Shown here one piece after another: positions 24,779 through 32,013 of a stretch of DNA of 38,824 nt (position 1 is its first letter; every line of letters begins with the position of its first letter). The position numbers and the translations under genes are program-made. This DNA is from a virus. Below the pieces are notes generated by a model. The model made no database searches, was not told the origin of the DNA, and saw only the letters and a list, made by a program, of their open reading frames with translations. The stretch is from IMG/VR virus record IMGVR_UViG_3300014838_000008; one strand, written 5' to 3'.

Positions 24779-25987
24779 TTAATCTTTATAAGGGTCATGA
24801 TCTCGGCTATCTGCCATACAAACGCCTATGGGCTTGAGATATTCTTCGATTTCAATTGTTTCTGCATGTGCTGCCAGAATCTCTTCAATGCGCTTGTAGG
24901 CTTGAGGGGCTTCGTCAACGTCGGCTCCTCGGAGTTCGACTCCTTCTCTTTTAATCCAAGCTTGCATCTCATCTCTGCTGATAAGTCCAGCTTTGATAAT
25001 ATTGCCTCGCTTATCTCGCTTTCCACGGGCTTGAGTTCTTCCCATTGCACGGCCTGCTCCATGTATGGTTGAAAATAAGGATTGGGCCAATATAGAAGGT
25101 TGCTGCCCTCCTTCTTCAGATATTTTCTCTTTTCTTCCACGTAGGATAACTGATATATCTCCCATAGATCCTCCAACAAAGCCTCTTTGACCAGGAAAGG
25201 CAGGAGTGGCCCCTTTTCGCAGGACCCAGAGGTCTCGACCAAAATGTGTTTCTCGCCAAGCGAAATTATGGTGATTGTGAACTTCTTCGACGATATTTCC
25301 TCTAAGGATTTGCGCAACGCGTTGGCATACCCAGTCTCTCCCTGCATAAGCATAGCGCCCAGCAACCTCCATGCACCGCAAATAAAGCTGTCCGAGTTCT
25401 GAATGGTCATCAAATAATACTGGTTCTGCGTGGACTCCATCTTTTCCGCCTCCTGCCTTTACGAAGTGAGTAGCAATGCTGTGGCCAAGTCCACGGCTGC
25501 CAAAATGCACACCAACCCAAATGCGGTCAGCGCGATCAACAAAAATGTCCACATAATGATTTCCGCTGCCGACCGTACCCAGCTGGGCAACCGCTTTGTC
25601 TTTGAGTCCTTTGAGAAGATCGATTTCGTCCCATATAGGTTCATCGAAGATCGGATGATCCACACGCTCATTATTTTTCCTGCCAACTCCGAAGGATATT
25701 TTTGATTGAATTTCATTCATGATCCTATAAATATCTTTTTTTATTCCTTCTGCGGGGCAATCCAATCTTACGGCCTTATTACCGCAAGCAATGTCATAAC
25801 CCACGCCATTAACGCAAATCTTGCCTTCGTAGGCTATCACGCCCCCTACGGGCACGCTGTAGCCAATATGTGCATCAGCGCATAATACTGCATGAACTAC
25901 GGGAGATTTTTCACAAACCGCATTCATCTGTGCTAAGGTTTCTGGATCTGCATTACCAAAAATCTTAATATCTACGTCATGATTCAC
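24779..25987 (-). CDS. rtcB: RNA 3'-phosphate/2',3'-cyclic phosphate ligase RtcB, 402 aa
   Basis: Full-length match to RtcB hallmarks: CADAHIGYSVPVGG, GYDIACG, GSGNHYVDIF, VHFGSRGLGH, NHHNFAW, HGAGRAMGR. Confidence 0.9.
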   Translation of the reverse strand: MNHDVDIKIFGNADPETLAQMNAVCEKSPVVHAVLCADAHIGYSVPVGGVIAYEGKICVNGVGYDIACGNKAVRLDCPAEGIKKDIYRIMNEIQSKISFGVGRKNNERVDHPIFDEPIWDEIDLLKGLKDKAVAQLGTVGSGNHYVDIFVDRADRIWVGVHFGSRGLGHSIATHFVKAGGGKDGVHAEPVLFDDHSELGQLYLRCMEVAGRYAYAGRDWVCQRVAQILRGNIVEEVHNHHNFAWRETHFGRDLWVLRKGATPAFPGQRGFVGGSMGDISVILRGRKEKISEEGGQQPSILAQSLFSTIHGAGRAMGRTQARGKRDKRGNIIKAGLISRDEMQAWIKREGVELRGADVDEAPQAYKRIEEILAAHAETIEIEEYLKPIGVCMADSRDHDPYKD

Positions 25988-26442
25988 TTTTTACCCCATT
26001 GATCTTTGAAATATCGCTTAATGCGAGCCATTTTATCCTCGGTCGTCTCTTCTAGTGACCTAAATTTTATTCCATCGCCTGTAGAATATAAGATACACAC
26101 TTTAGAATTTATCGATTCATTTTCTTCTGGAAGAGGATTTTCTTTTCTTTCAGGGCAGAAATAGCGATCATCTCTATTATGGCGAACCCAATTCAGCAAT
26201 CCCTCTTTTTTATAGGTGGGATCATCTATAAAATACTCCCTCTCATCAGCAACTCGCCAATGGGTAACTATTTGCAAAGCGCACGCCATTTGATTGGCAG
26301 TCATTGAAGGCTCATCGAAAAACCAGCTGCCTAGAGAATTTATTTGGGCATATCCCACGCCGTTAGCCGTCAACACCTCTACAAAAATCTCCTGAAGCGG
26401 ATAACCTTCATCAATTGGAATCCATTCGCCTTTTTCACTCAT
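25984..26442 (-). CDS. DUF551-like phage protein, 152 aa from ATG 26442 (the track version starts at TTG 26547)
   Basis: EWIPIDEGYPLQEIFVEVLTANG resembles the DUF551 W-I-x-x-x-D-x-x-P...V-L-V motif. The ATG sits in an ATGA overlap with the upstream Pro-rich mini-ORF. Its stop overlaps the rtcB start. Confidence 0.5.
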   Translation of the reverse strand: MSEKGEWIPIDEGYPLQEIFVEVLTANGVGYAQINSLGSWFFDEPSMTANQMACALQIVTHWRVADEREYFIDDPTYKKEGLLNWVRHNRDDRYFCPERKENPLPEENESINSKVCILYSTGDGIKFRSLEETTEDKMARIKRYFKDQWGKK

Positions 26443-26600
26443 GGATTCCCTCCGCCCCCTGGAGGAATCTTCATCACTTGAGGAGTGGAGTTGACTTTTG
26501 GCTGATTCGGAGCCGGCTGAGGGAGGGTTTGTTGAGGGTTTGGCCAATATTTTGGACGAACCGGAGGGGGAATAGGCGTAGTTACGGTAGATTTAGGCAT
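26439..26600 (-). CDS. Proline-rich mini-ORF, 53 aa (MPKSTVTTPIPPPVRPKYWPNPQQTLPQPAPNQPKVNSTPQVMKIPPGGGGNP)
   Basis: The ATG shares a base with the upstream TAA (TAATG). Stops in an ATGA overlap with the DUF551-like gene. 16 Pro in 53 aa. Contains PPP and PPG. Confidence 0.35.
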   Translation of the reverse strand: MPKSTVTTPIPPPVRPKYWPNPQQTLPQPAPNQPKVNSTPQVMKIPPGGGGNP

Positions 26601-26854
26601 TATTTCACCAAGTTTTCATAGATCATATAGGGTAAGTTAGAATGCTTGCAGATCCAATATGGCAGATAAAATCCAGCAAAGATCCAATGTAAAATCGCCC
26701 ACAAGACGCTCTTATTGACGCTCCATGAGCAGGCGACCGCTGCAATGGAGATTAGATCGCACATTACCGAGCGGATCTTTATGGTTTTCTTCTCTTCACT
26801 CACTTTTTTCTTGTCCTTTAGTAAGGTAATCATATAAATCCCTGCTATCCTCAA
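26600..26854 (-). CDS. Small 2-TM membrane protein (start ambiguous: TTG 26854, ATG 26833 or ATG 26764)
   Basis: ORF track entry. Hydrophobic segments LISIAAVACSWSV and VLWAILHWIFAGFYLPYWI. Confidence 0.4.
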   Translation of the reverse strand: MRIAGIYMITLLKDKKKVSEEKKTIKIRSVMCDLISIAAVACSWSVNKSVLWAILHWIFAGFYLPYWICKHSNLPYMIYENLVK

Positions 26855-27068
26855 ACACTTCTTTTTTTAATAGGGCATATATCTCAATCAGATCCGCCAT
26901 TGCATAGGCTCTACGCATCGGGGGTGTATTGGCTATTGCCGAGGGGAAGCAGGTGAGCATCATTGCCCTTGCATTATTGACATAACCAGCATTCATCAAC
27001 CCTACATAGGCATCAACAAATAACGCCGACGCTTCCCTTCCAACTTTATCGGCCTTTTCCTGATCCAT
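26796..27068 (-). CDS. Hypothetical protein, 90 aa
   Basis: ORF track entry. Confidence 0.4.
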   Translation of the reverse strand: MDQEKADKVGREASALFVDAYVGLMNAGYVNNARAMMLTCFPSAIANTPPMRRAYAMADLIEIYALLKKEVFEDSRDLYDYLTKGQEKSE

Positions 27069-27591
27069 CCTTCACCCAAACTTCATTGCCATTCACACGG
27101 GTAGCAAGATATCGGAACCCTTTTTTCTTGATATCACGACGGATATCTTCTTTTTCAGATTCTGAAGTATTAGTGAATTCTTTTTCTCCTTCATAACCTT
27201 CATAATAACCGTTAGTAATCTCATACATATCAGGGCAATTAAGAGCTTTTCTAACCATTGATATATTTTCGTTAATAGCACTCTTAACCTTTTCAATGTC
27301 TTTAATTACTTCTGATTCAGTATTACATACTCTACTAGCTAAATTAGAAACCCTTTCATCTAATGCTTTATAATTGTTAGTTATTCTATGTTCAATAGAT
27401 TGCATCTTTTCTTGTAAATCACTAACTTTTAACTTAGTCATATACCAATCATGGTATAACTCACCGAATCTCTTTTCTAATTGATCTATTCTTTGTGATT
27501 TAGACATTTTTTTTGATTTCCCTCTGATTGTATTTAAGTGATAGATTGATCCATCAACCAGTTTTATGCCTGGCGGAAGTGTTACCATCAT
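27046..27591 (-). CDS. Coiled-coil protein, 181 aa (paralogue of 27588..28154)
   Basis: Shares the C-terminal module ...ITNGYYEGYEG...KKKGFRYLATRVNGNEVWVKD with its neighbour (...ITGYYGSGPQ...KDKGFKHLHTKADGVEVWVKD). Confidence 0.45.
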   Translation of the reverse strand: MMVTLPPGIKLVDGSIYHLNTIRGKSKKMSKSQRIDQLEKRFGELYHDWYMTKLKVSDLQEKMQSIEHRITNNYKALDERVSNLASRVCNTESEVIKDIEKVKSAINENISMVRKALNCPDMYEITNGYYEGYEGEKEFTNTSESEKEDIRRDIKKKGFRYLATRVNGNEVWVKDGSGKGR

Positions 27592-28154
27592 GCTACTGCG
27601 GGTTTAGGATCTTCTTTTACGGGCAGAGTAGGATCTTTTACCCATACTTCCACTCCATCAGCCTTGGTATGAAGGTGTTTGAAACCTTTATCTTTAGCCT
27701 CGGCACGCGCTTTATCCATTCGAGCTTGCTCATGCGGATCGTGCGTATCTTGAGGGCCTGAACCATAATAACCAGTGATTTCCATGGTTTGAGGCGCATT
27801 GACTGCCTTCTTATGGATGAATAGTTCTTCTCTAGCTTCTGCTATTTCTTTACGTCGTCTATCCATTGAATATTTTAGATTATCTTCTAATTCTCTAATT
27901 CTCTTAATAATAGATCTTTTAGACTTGAACCAATGTTTTACAATATCGCAAATACTCATCTTTCTCCTGCTAATTAAGTTAATTCTTGCATCGGGTGGCC
28001 CTATATATGCGTACTTACCGCTAAACCTTATCCCGATAGTTGGAATGCAAATTTCTGTACTACTTTCATCTTGATACTTATTTTTCGATTGACTTGCAAG
28101 TATTTTTTCTGGCATAAAGTTTGGATCTACAATTGCGCTCATGTTATTTCTCAA
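27588..28154 (-). CDS. Coiled-coil protein, 188 aa (paralogue of 27046..27591)
   Basis: See the paralogue. ATGA-type overlaps with both neighbours. Confidence 0.45.
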   Translation of the reverse strand: MRNNMSAIVDPNFMPEKILASQSKNKYQDESSTEICIPTIGIRFSGKYAYIGPPDARINLISRRKMSICDIVKHWFKSKRSIIKRIRELEDNLKYSMDRRRKEIAEAREELFIHKKAVNAPQTMEITGYYGSGPQDTHDPHEQARMDKARAEAKDKGFKHLHTKADGVEVWVKDPTLPVKEDPKPAVA

Positions 28155-29580
28155 AGATAGGTTGGTATTTATCGCGCATTCGCTCTACCTCAAAGTCGGT
28201 AGGGCCTTTACTGCTTTCAGCGTAGCGTTTGATCCCTAGGGCCATATATCGGGCTGCATCTGCCCCGTGGCTCGCCCAATCGTGAACGGGGCGCGTCTTA
28301 TATACGTTGTGGATTTCATCGAACTCTTTGCGGTAGTTTTCTAGGCAGAGGATGAGTCGCTTGCAGTTCTTTTCATCGATCCAGATTCTAGGGAATATCC
28401 CTCGAAGGCTCTCGATACCGCTTTCCACTGATAATTTGAGAGTGGGCAGAGTAATGAACTTGATCCCAAACTCCATCGCCACTTCTTTAACGGAATTACC
28501 CCATGAGATATGGTGGTTTTCGATATCCTGTGGCCCATAATGATCCGCATAGAGGTACTTCTTTTTAGAAATGACTTGAGCGTAATGCGGAAAACCCTCT
28601 CCATGATTTTCATAGTAGTCAATAATGTGTATCTCTTGGCCAATGATCTGGAAGAATATAATACTTGTGGAGTCGCCGAATCCAATATCCCATGCTGTAT
28701 ATACACGACTTGTTTCTTGCCAAATGACGTTTCCAATTCGGTTTTCGTCTCTTGCTCGCTGAATATTCTTGGCATAATAGCTTCCCTCAATACCCATCGT
28801 GAATGAGCAATAGAACTCCTGTTGGATATAATCCTCGCTCATCCCCTGCTCGCGCTCTGATTGAACGTCGGCTTCCGAGATAACGGGTGAGCCATCCTCA
28901 CGCTTGGTATCTTTAACCGTGAGCAATTGGGTGAACCATGAGTCATTGCCCTTGGCCATGTCATATAGCTCTTTAGCGTGGTTAGCACCGCGAGGGGTGA
29001 AGTTGAACACCGCCCATCCGCCATTTTCTACTAAGATAGGGCGCATGAGCGTCCATGCTGCAGGCTCTTGAAGGGAGAATTCAGAGTAAACGCAACCCAT
29101 CGGGTTAGTACCAACGATCGAGTCGATATTATCCGTGCCTATGATCTGAATGATTGAGCTATTGCGTAGAACGATCTTCATTTCTTGTTGGTTTTTAGAG
29201 CGGATGATCTGTTCGGGGATATGATCAAGGACTTTGAACCCCTCTTTGTCTATGAAATCCCATAGCACCTTGCGCCCTTGAGCAAATGAGGGGAAGAAAT
29301 AGAAATAGACACCGACCTTGAGTAGAGCTTGCTTAATGACGAAGTTCCAGCACACCTTCTCTTTACCTGCTCGCCTATGCCAAACAAGGATCGCTCTGCG
29401 GATAGCATCGGGATGAGAGGATTGAGGGAGATGAGCGTATTGCATTGCTCGGAAGAAGTCTTTCTGATAAGCCCTTGTTTTGAAGTTGAAAGGTATCTCA
29501 ATATCAATCGTCTTGACTTTAGAGGATTCGCCGTTAGGAGTTTTGGTGAAGTGAGGAAGTTTAGAATACTTTTCTTTCAT
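28144..29580 (-). CDS. terL: Terminase large subunit, 478 aa
   Basis: Walker-A-like VWHRRAGKEKV. C-terminal RNaseH-like nuclease signature YTAWDIGFGDSTSIIFFQ. Size, and position next to terS. Confidence 0.8.
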   Translation of the reverse strand: MKEKYSKLPHFTKTPNGESSKVKTIDIEIPFNFKTRAYQKDFFRAMQYAHLPQSSHPDAIRRAILVWHRRAGKEKVCWNFVIKQALLKVGVYFYFFPSFAQGRKVLWDFIDKEGFKVLDHIPEQIIRSKNQQEMKIVLRNSSIIQIIGTDNIDSIVGTNPMGCVYSEFSLQEPAAWTLMRPILVENGGWAVFNFTPRGANHAKELYDMAKGNDSWFTQLLTVKDTKREDGSPVISEADVQSEREQGMSEDYIQQEFYCSFTMGIEGSYYAKNIQRARDENRIGNVIWQETSRVYTAWDIGFGDSTSIIFFQIIGQEIHIIDYYENHGEGFPHYAQVISKKKYLYADHYGPQDIENHHISWGNSVKEVAMEFGIKFITLPTLKLSVESGIESLRGIFPRIWIDEKNCKRLILCLENYRKEFDEIHNVYKTRPVHDWASHGADAARYMALGIKRYAESSKGPTDFEVERMRDKYQPIFEK

Positions 29581-29609
29581 AACTACTAGTTTTGAGATTA
29601 TTAGTAGTT
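29581..29609 (-). promoter_or_regulatory. Hairpin abutting the terL start codon (8-bp stem AACUACUA/UAGUAGUU, 13-nt loop); no SD
   Basis: Read directly. The 3' arm of the stem ends at the base before the AUG. The loop auaaucucaaaac has no purine-rich SD. Confidence 0.4.
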
Positions 29610-29629
29610 AGTTAGTATTTGAGGGTTAA

Positions 29630-29797
29630 TTAGACTGCATTAGAGGCCATTGCAAGGGCTATCTGCTTCTCTACCCTATCAACTATCTCCTTATCAGTCA
29701 TAGCGCGCTTGTAGGCTCTCCAATCGCGTTTGGGACGGCCTGAACCGAATCGAGAGATGAAGGCCTTTCTAAGCTTCTTGACTTTTACTTTGCGCAT
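29630..29797 (-). CDS. Small basic protein, 55 aa (MRKVKVKKLRKAFISRFGSGRPKRDWRAYKRAMTDKEIVDRVEKQIALAMASNAV)
   Basis: ATG at 29797, 1 nt after the upstream TAA. Below the track cutoff. Confidence 0.35.
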   Translation of the reverse strand: MRKVKVKKLRKAFISRFGSGRPKRDWRAYKRAMTDKEIVDRVEKQIALAMASNAV

Positions 29798-29798
29798 A

Positions 29799-29894
29799 TT
29801 AATAATTATCTTTAAACATAGCTATAAATAAAGAAATAATAAGTAAACCAACTCCCACGACAATAACATATTGTAATAACAATTCAGGGGTCAT
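29799..29894 (-). CDS. 31-aa single-pass membrane peptide (MTPELLLQYVIVVGVGLLIISLFIAMFKDNY)
   Basis: ATGA overlap with the terS stop. Confidence 0.35.
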   Translation of the reverse strand: MTPELLLQYVIVVGVGLLIISLFIAMFKDNY

Positions 29895-30400
29895 GGTATA
29901 TTGGCTATGTTAATGTTAAGGATGGTGTTAGGTACTTCCTCGGCGGATCGATCCTTCATTCCAAGATATTGTTTGCTTAACCAGATCAACATATTGACGT
30001 GCCCTTGCATTGCTACATCGTACATCTTGCGCCTTAGTGCCTTGCGACCATGGTCACGCGCCAATGCAATTAATGGCCCGAAGCGATGAGCGACCGTTTT
30101 CTCATCAATTCTCAATATTCCAGCCAATTCAACATTGGTACATTGCAACAAAGCCAAGCTATAAATAAGCTCTAAGTCAAACTTTTGTCTTGGCCGACCT
30201 GTTTTCTTTTCAGGCGTGACATATTGCTCTAAATCTTTAGGTATTCCTACATTCTCTCTAACAGTGAGTATACATCTATCATTTTGTCTCTTTTCGATAG
30301 GGACATTAGATCTATGTTTTATAATAGATTTTTTTTCATTATCTATAGATTTAGGACTATATATATCACTCATTATTTGAATATATCTTTTATACCTCAC
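29891..30400 (-). CDS. terS: Terminase small subunit (HTH type), 169 aa
   Basis: KKTGRPRQKFDLELIYSLALLQCTNVELAGILRIDEKTVAHRF, then GHVNMLIWLSKQYLGMKDR, matches the common terS pattern (GRP...HTH...I-[FW]-x-x-K-x-x-x-G-x-x-D). First gene of the late block. Confidence 0.65.
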   Translation of the reverse strand: MRYKRYIQIMSDIYSPKSIDNEKKSIIKHRSNVPIEKRQNDRCILTVRENVGIPKDLEQYVTPEKKTGRPRQKFDLELIYSLALLQCTNVELAGILRIDEKTVAHRFGPLIALARDHGRKALRRKMYDVAMQGHVNMLIWLSKQYLGMKDRSAEEVPNTILNINIANIP

Positions 30401-30436
30401 TTTACAATTAAATTAATTTTTATCAAGCAAAAAGTG

Positions 30437-30465
30437 TTGCGATAAATCCATATCTTTTGCAGAAT
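30437..30465 (+). promoter_or_regulatory. Early promoter: A-tract, TTGCGA-N17-CAGAAT
   Basis: -35 at 30437-30442, -10 at 30460-30465, 45 nt upstream of ATG 30510 (SD agagagg). Same -35 hexamer and upstream A-tract as the promoter at 34395. Confidence 0.5.
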
Positions 30466-30509
30466 ATAGCTTTTCAACTTCAAAAACTACAAAAGAAAGA
30501 GAGGTTAAC

Positions 30510-31058
30510 ATGAGAGTAATAGAGACTACAGTATACAAGTTTGAAGAGCTATCCGATGAGGCTAAAGATAGAGCGATAGAGAAATATCAATCTAAAATGA
30601 ATGTGTGCGAATTAGCCTTAACAGATGGCGATTGCTATAATTTAATGTGTGAAGAAGCGGGCTTTTTAAATTCAGAGATAGAGTATTCAGGTTTTTACAG
30701 TCAAGGAGATGGTGCTTCATTCATGGCTGATATCGATACAGAGAGCTTTTTAGTAGGGAAGTATGAGTGCTTAAAAGAGCTAGACTTTCATTTAGAAATT
30801 AGAATAAGGCGAAATAATACTTATCATGAATATAGCAAGGTAGTAGTTCCTCTATACGTTGAAGATGCTATAGCGGAAGAACATATGAAATTAATAGAAG
30901 AATTAAGCGATGAGGTCGAGCAATTAAGAGTTGACCTTTGTCATGATATTTATCGAGCCTTAGAGATTGATTATGAATATCAAACCAGCAATGAGGCGAT
31001 ATCAGAAACACTAATCGCCAATGAATATGAATTCGATGAGCAAGGAAATATGGTGTAA
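30510..31058 (+). CDS. Highly acidic early protein, 182 aa
   Basis: By my count 43 D+E against 15 K+R. The N-terminal TVYKFEELSDEAKDRAIEKY and C-terminal IANEYEFDEQG motifs recur in phage and plasmid proteins of unknown function. Confidence 0.55.
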   Translation: MRVIETTVYKFEELSDEAKDRAIEKYQSKMNVCELALTDGDCYNLMCEEAGFLNSEIEYSGFYSQGDGASFMADIDTESFLVGKYECLKELDFHLEIRIRRNNTYHEYSKVVVPLYVEDAIAEEHMKLIEELSDEVEQLRVDLCHDIYRALEIDYEYQTSNEAISETLIANEYEFDEQGNMV

Positions 31059-31060
31059 TT

Positions 31061-31342
31061 ATGGGTAATTATAGTCAAATAACCACAACAAACCTAGCTG
31101 ATTTTGGATATATAGAGCGTGAAGAGTTAATTAGACTCCTCACTGCTTGGCATAAACAAGGTTTGCCCGATGGATTTTGTAAAGAAAAAGTCGAGATTAT
31201 GTTCAATCGCAATAGTGGATACGTATTCCTCACCAACTCTGAATTTCAGGTAGCTATGATGAATGGAGATCTTCTTGCAATTTGGTACAATTGCCCGAAA
31301 TGCGGTTATGAAGGTTTTGAGGAAGATTGTCCATTTGAATGA
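31061..31342 (+). CDS. Hypothetical protein with a C-terminal CPKCG...C motif, 93 aa
   Basis: ORF track entry. Confidence 0.45.
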   Translation: MGNYSQITTTNLADFGYIEREELIRLLTAWHKQGLPDGFCKEKVEIMFNRNSGYVFLTNSEFQVAMMNGDLLAIWYNCPKCGYEGFEEDCPFE

Positions 31343-31375
31343 TGAAAGATGCAATAAATACATAGGAGAGAAGAT

Positions 31376-31777
31376 ATGAAAGTCTTAAAAATCAAAAGAT
31401 CTACCAGCCGTGGGAGAGATTCTTACGGCTATACCCTGTTCACCTTATGGGATGGGGATAAGAAATACCGCACCTGTGGGGGCGGCTATGACATGCTAGG
31501 GGCAGTATTCGGAGAGTGGCTTAAAGACAATTACCTTGAAAGGTTGAAGGGATTAACTCCATATGATGAGGAATACAGCATGAATTTCTATAAAGAGCAT
31601 GGATATCAGCCCAAACAAGAAAATTATGGCTTATTTTGCAGAAATGGCAGATGGGCAGTCGACGGGGCATGCGGAATGAGCAGTATGGAGAGATTAGCAG
31701 GCAATATCGGCCTTCTTATCAGGCTGGTATATTGGAAGGGGGCATTAGAAACAATAATCATAGAGGATCAAGCATGA
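31376..31777 (+). CDS. Conserved hypothetical protein, 133 aa
   Basis: ORF track entry. STSRGRDSYGYTLF...YRTCGGGYDMLGAVFGEWL is a motif I recall from plasmid and phage hypothetical proteins. Confidence 0.5.
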   Translation: MKVLKIKRSTSRGRDSYGYTLFTLWDGDKKYRTCGGGYDMLGAVFGEWLKDNYLERLKGLTPYDEEYSMNFYKEHGYQPKQENYGLFCRNGRWAVDGACGMSSMERLAGNIGLLIRLVYWKGALETIIIEDQA

Positions 31778-32013
31778 GAACACTTAAAGAATTCCGTGGA
31801 GTTATCGGCAATGCAACAATTTTCCATTGGGAAATAAGCACCTCTTTTATGGGTCAATATCGTTTTTTGATCAATGGAAGAGTAGAGAAAGAAAGTGAAG
31901 ATTTATCAAGCTGCATGTATCATTTAATGAGTGCGCTTGAGTGCTTTTTAAAGTACGAAGATAGCAAAACCCTAAGAATAGAAGGAGTAGACCATGAAAA
32001 AAAATCAGCGTGA
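31774..32013 (+). CDS. Hypothetical protein, 79 aa (MRTLKEFRGVIG...)
   Basis: ATGA overlap with the stop of 31376..31777. The part of track ORF 31636..32013 upstream of this ATG overlaps the previous gene. Confidence 0.45.
   Translation: MRTLKEFRGVIGNATIFHWEISTSFMGQYRFLINGRVEKESEDLSSCMYHLMSALECFLKYEDSKTLRIEGVDHEKKSA

Noticed and set aside
24826-25440. 204-aa same-strand alternative-frame ORF inside rtcB (also 156 aa inside portal at 20460..20930 and 149 aa inside terL at 28341..28790)
   Set aside because: A long open +1 frame is tempting as an overprinted gene. Three conserved genes show the same phenomenon, which points to codon-composition bias rather than function. It would need synonymous-constraint analysis or ribosome profiling to revive.
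31994-32004. A8 run at the overlap of 31774..32013 and 31994..32293 as a programmed frameshift site
   Set aside because: Fusing the two frames would need a +1 (or -2) shift, not the usual -1 slip. The downstream gene has its own ATG at the start of the run. An ordinary overlapping gene pair is the simpler reading.
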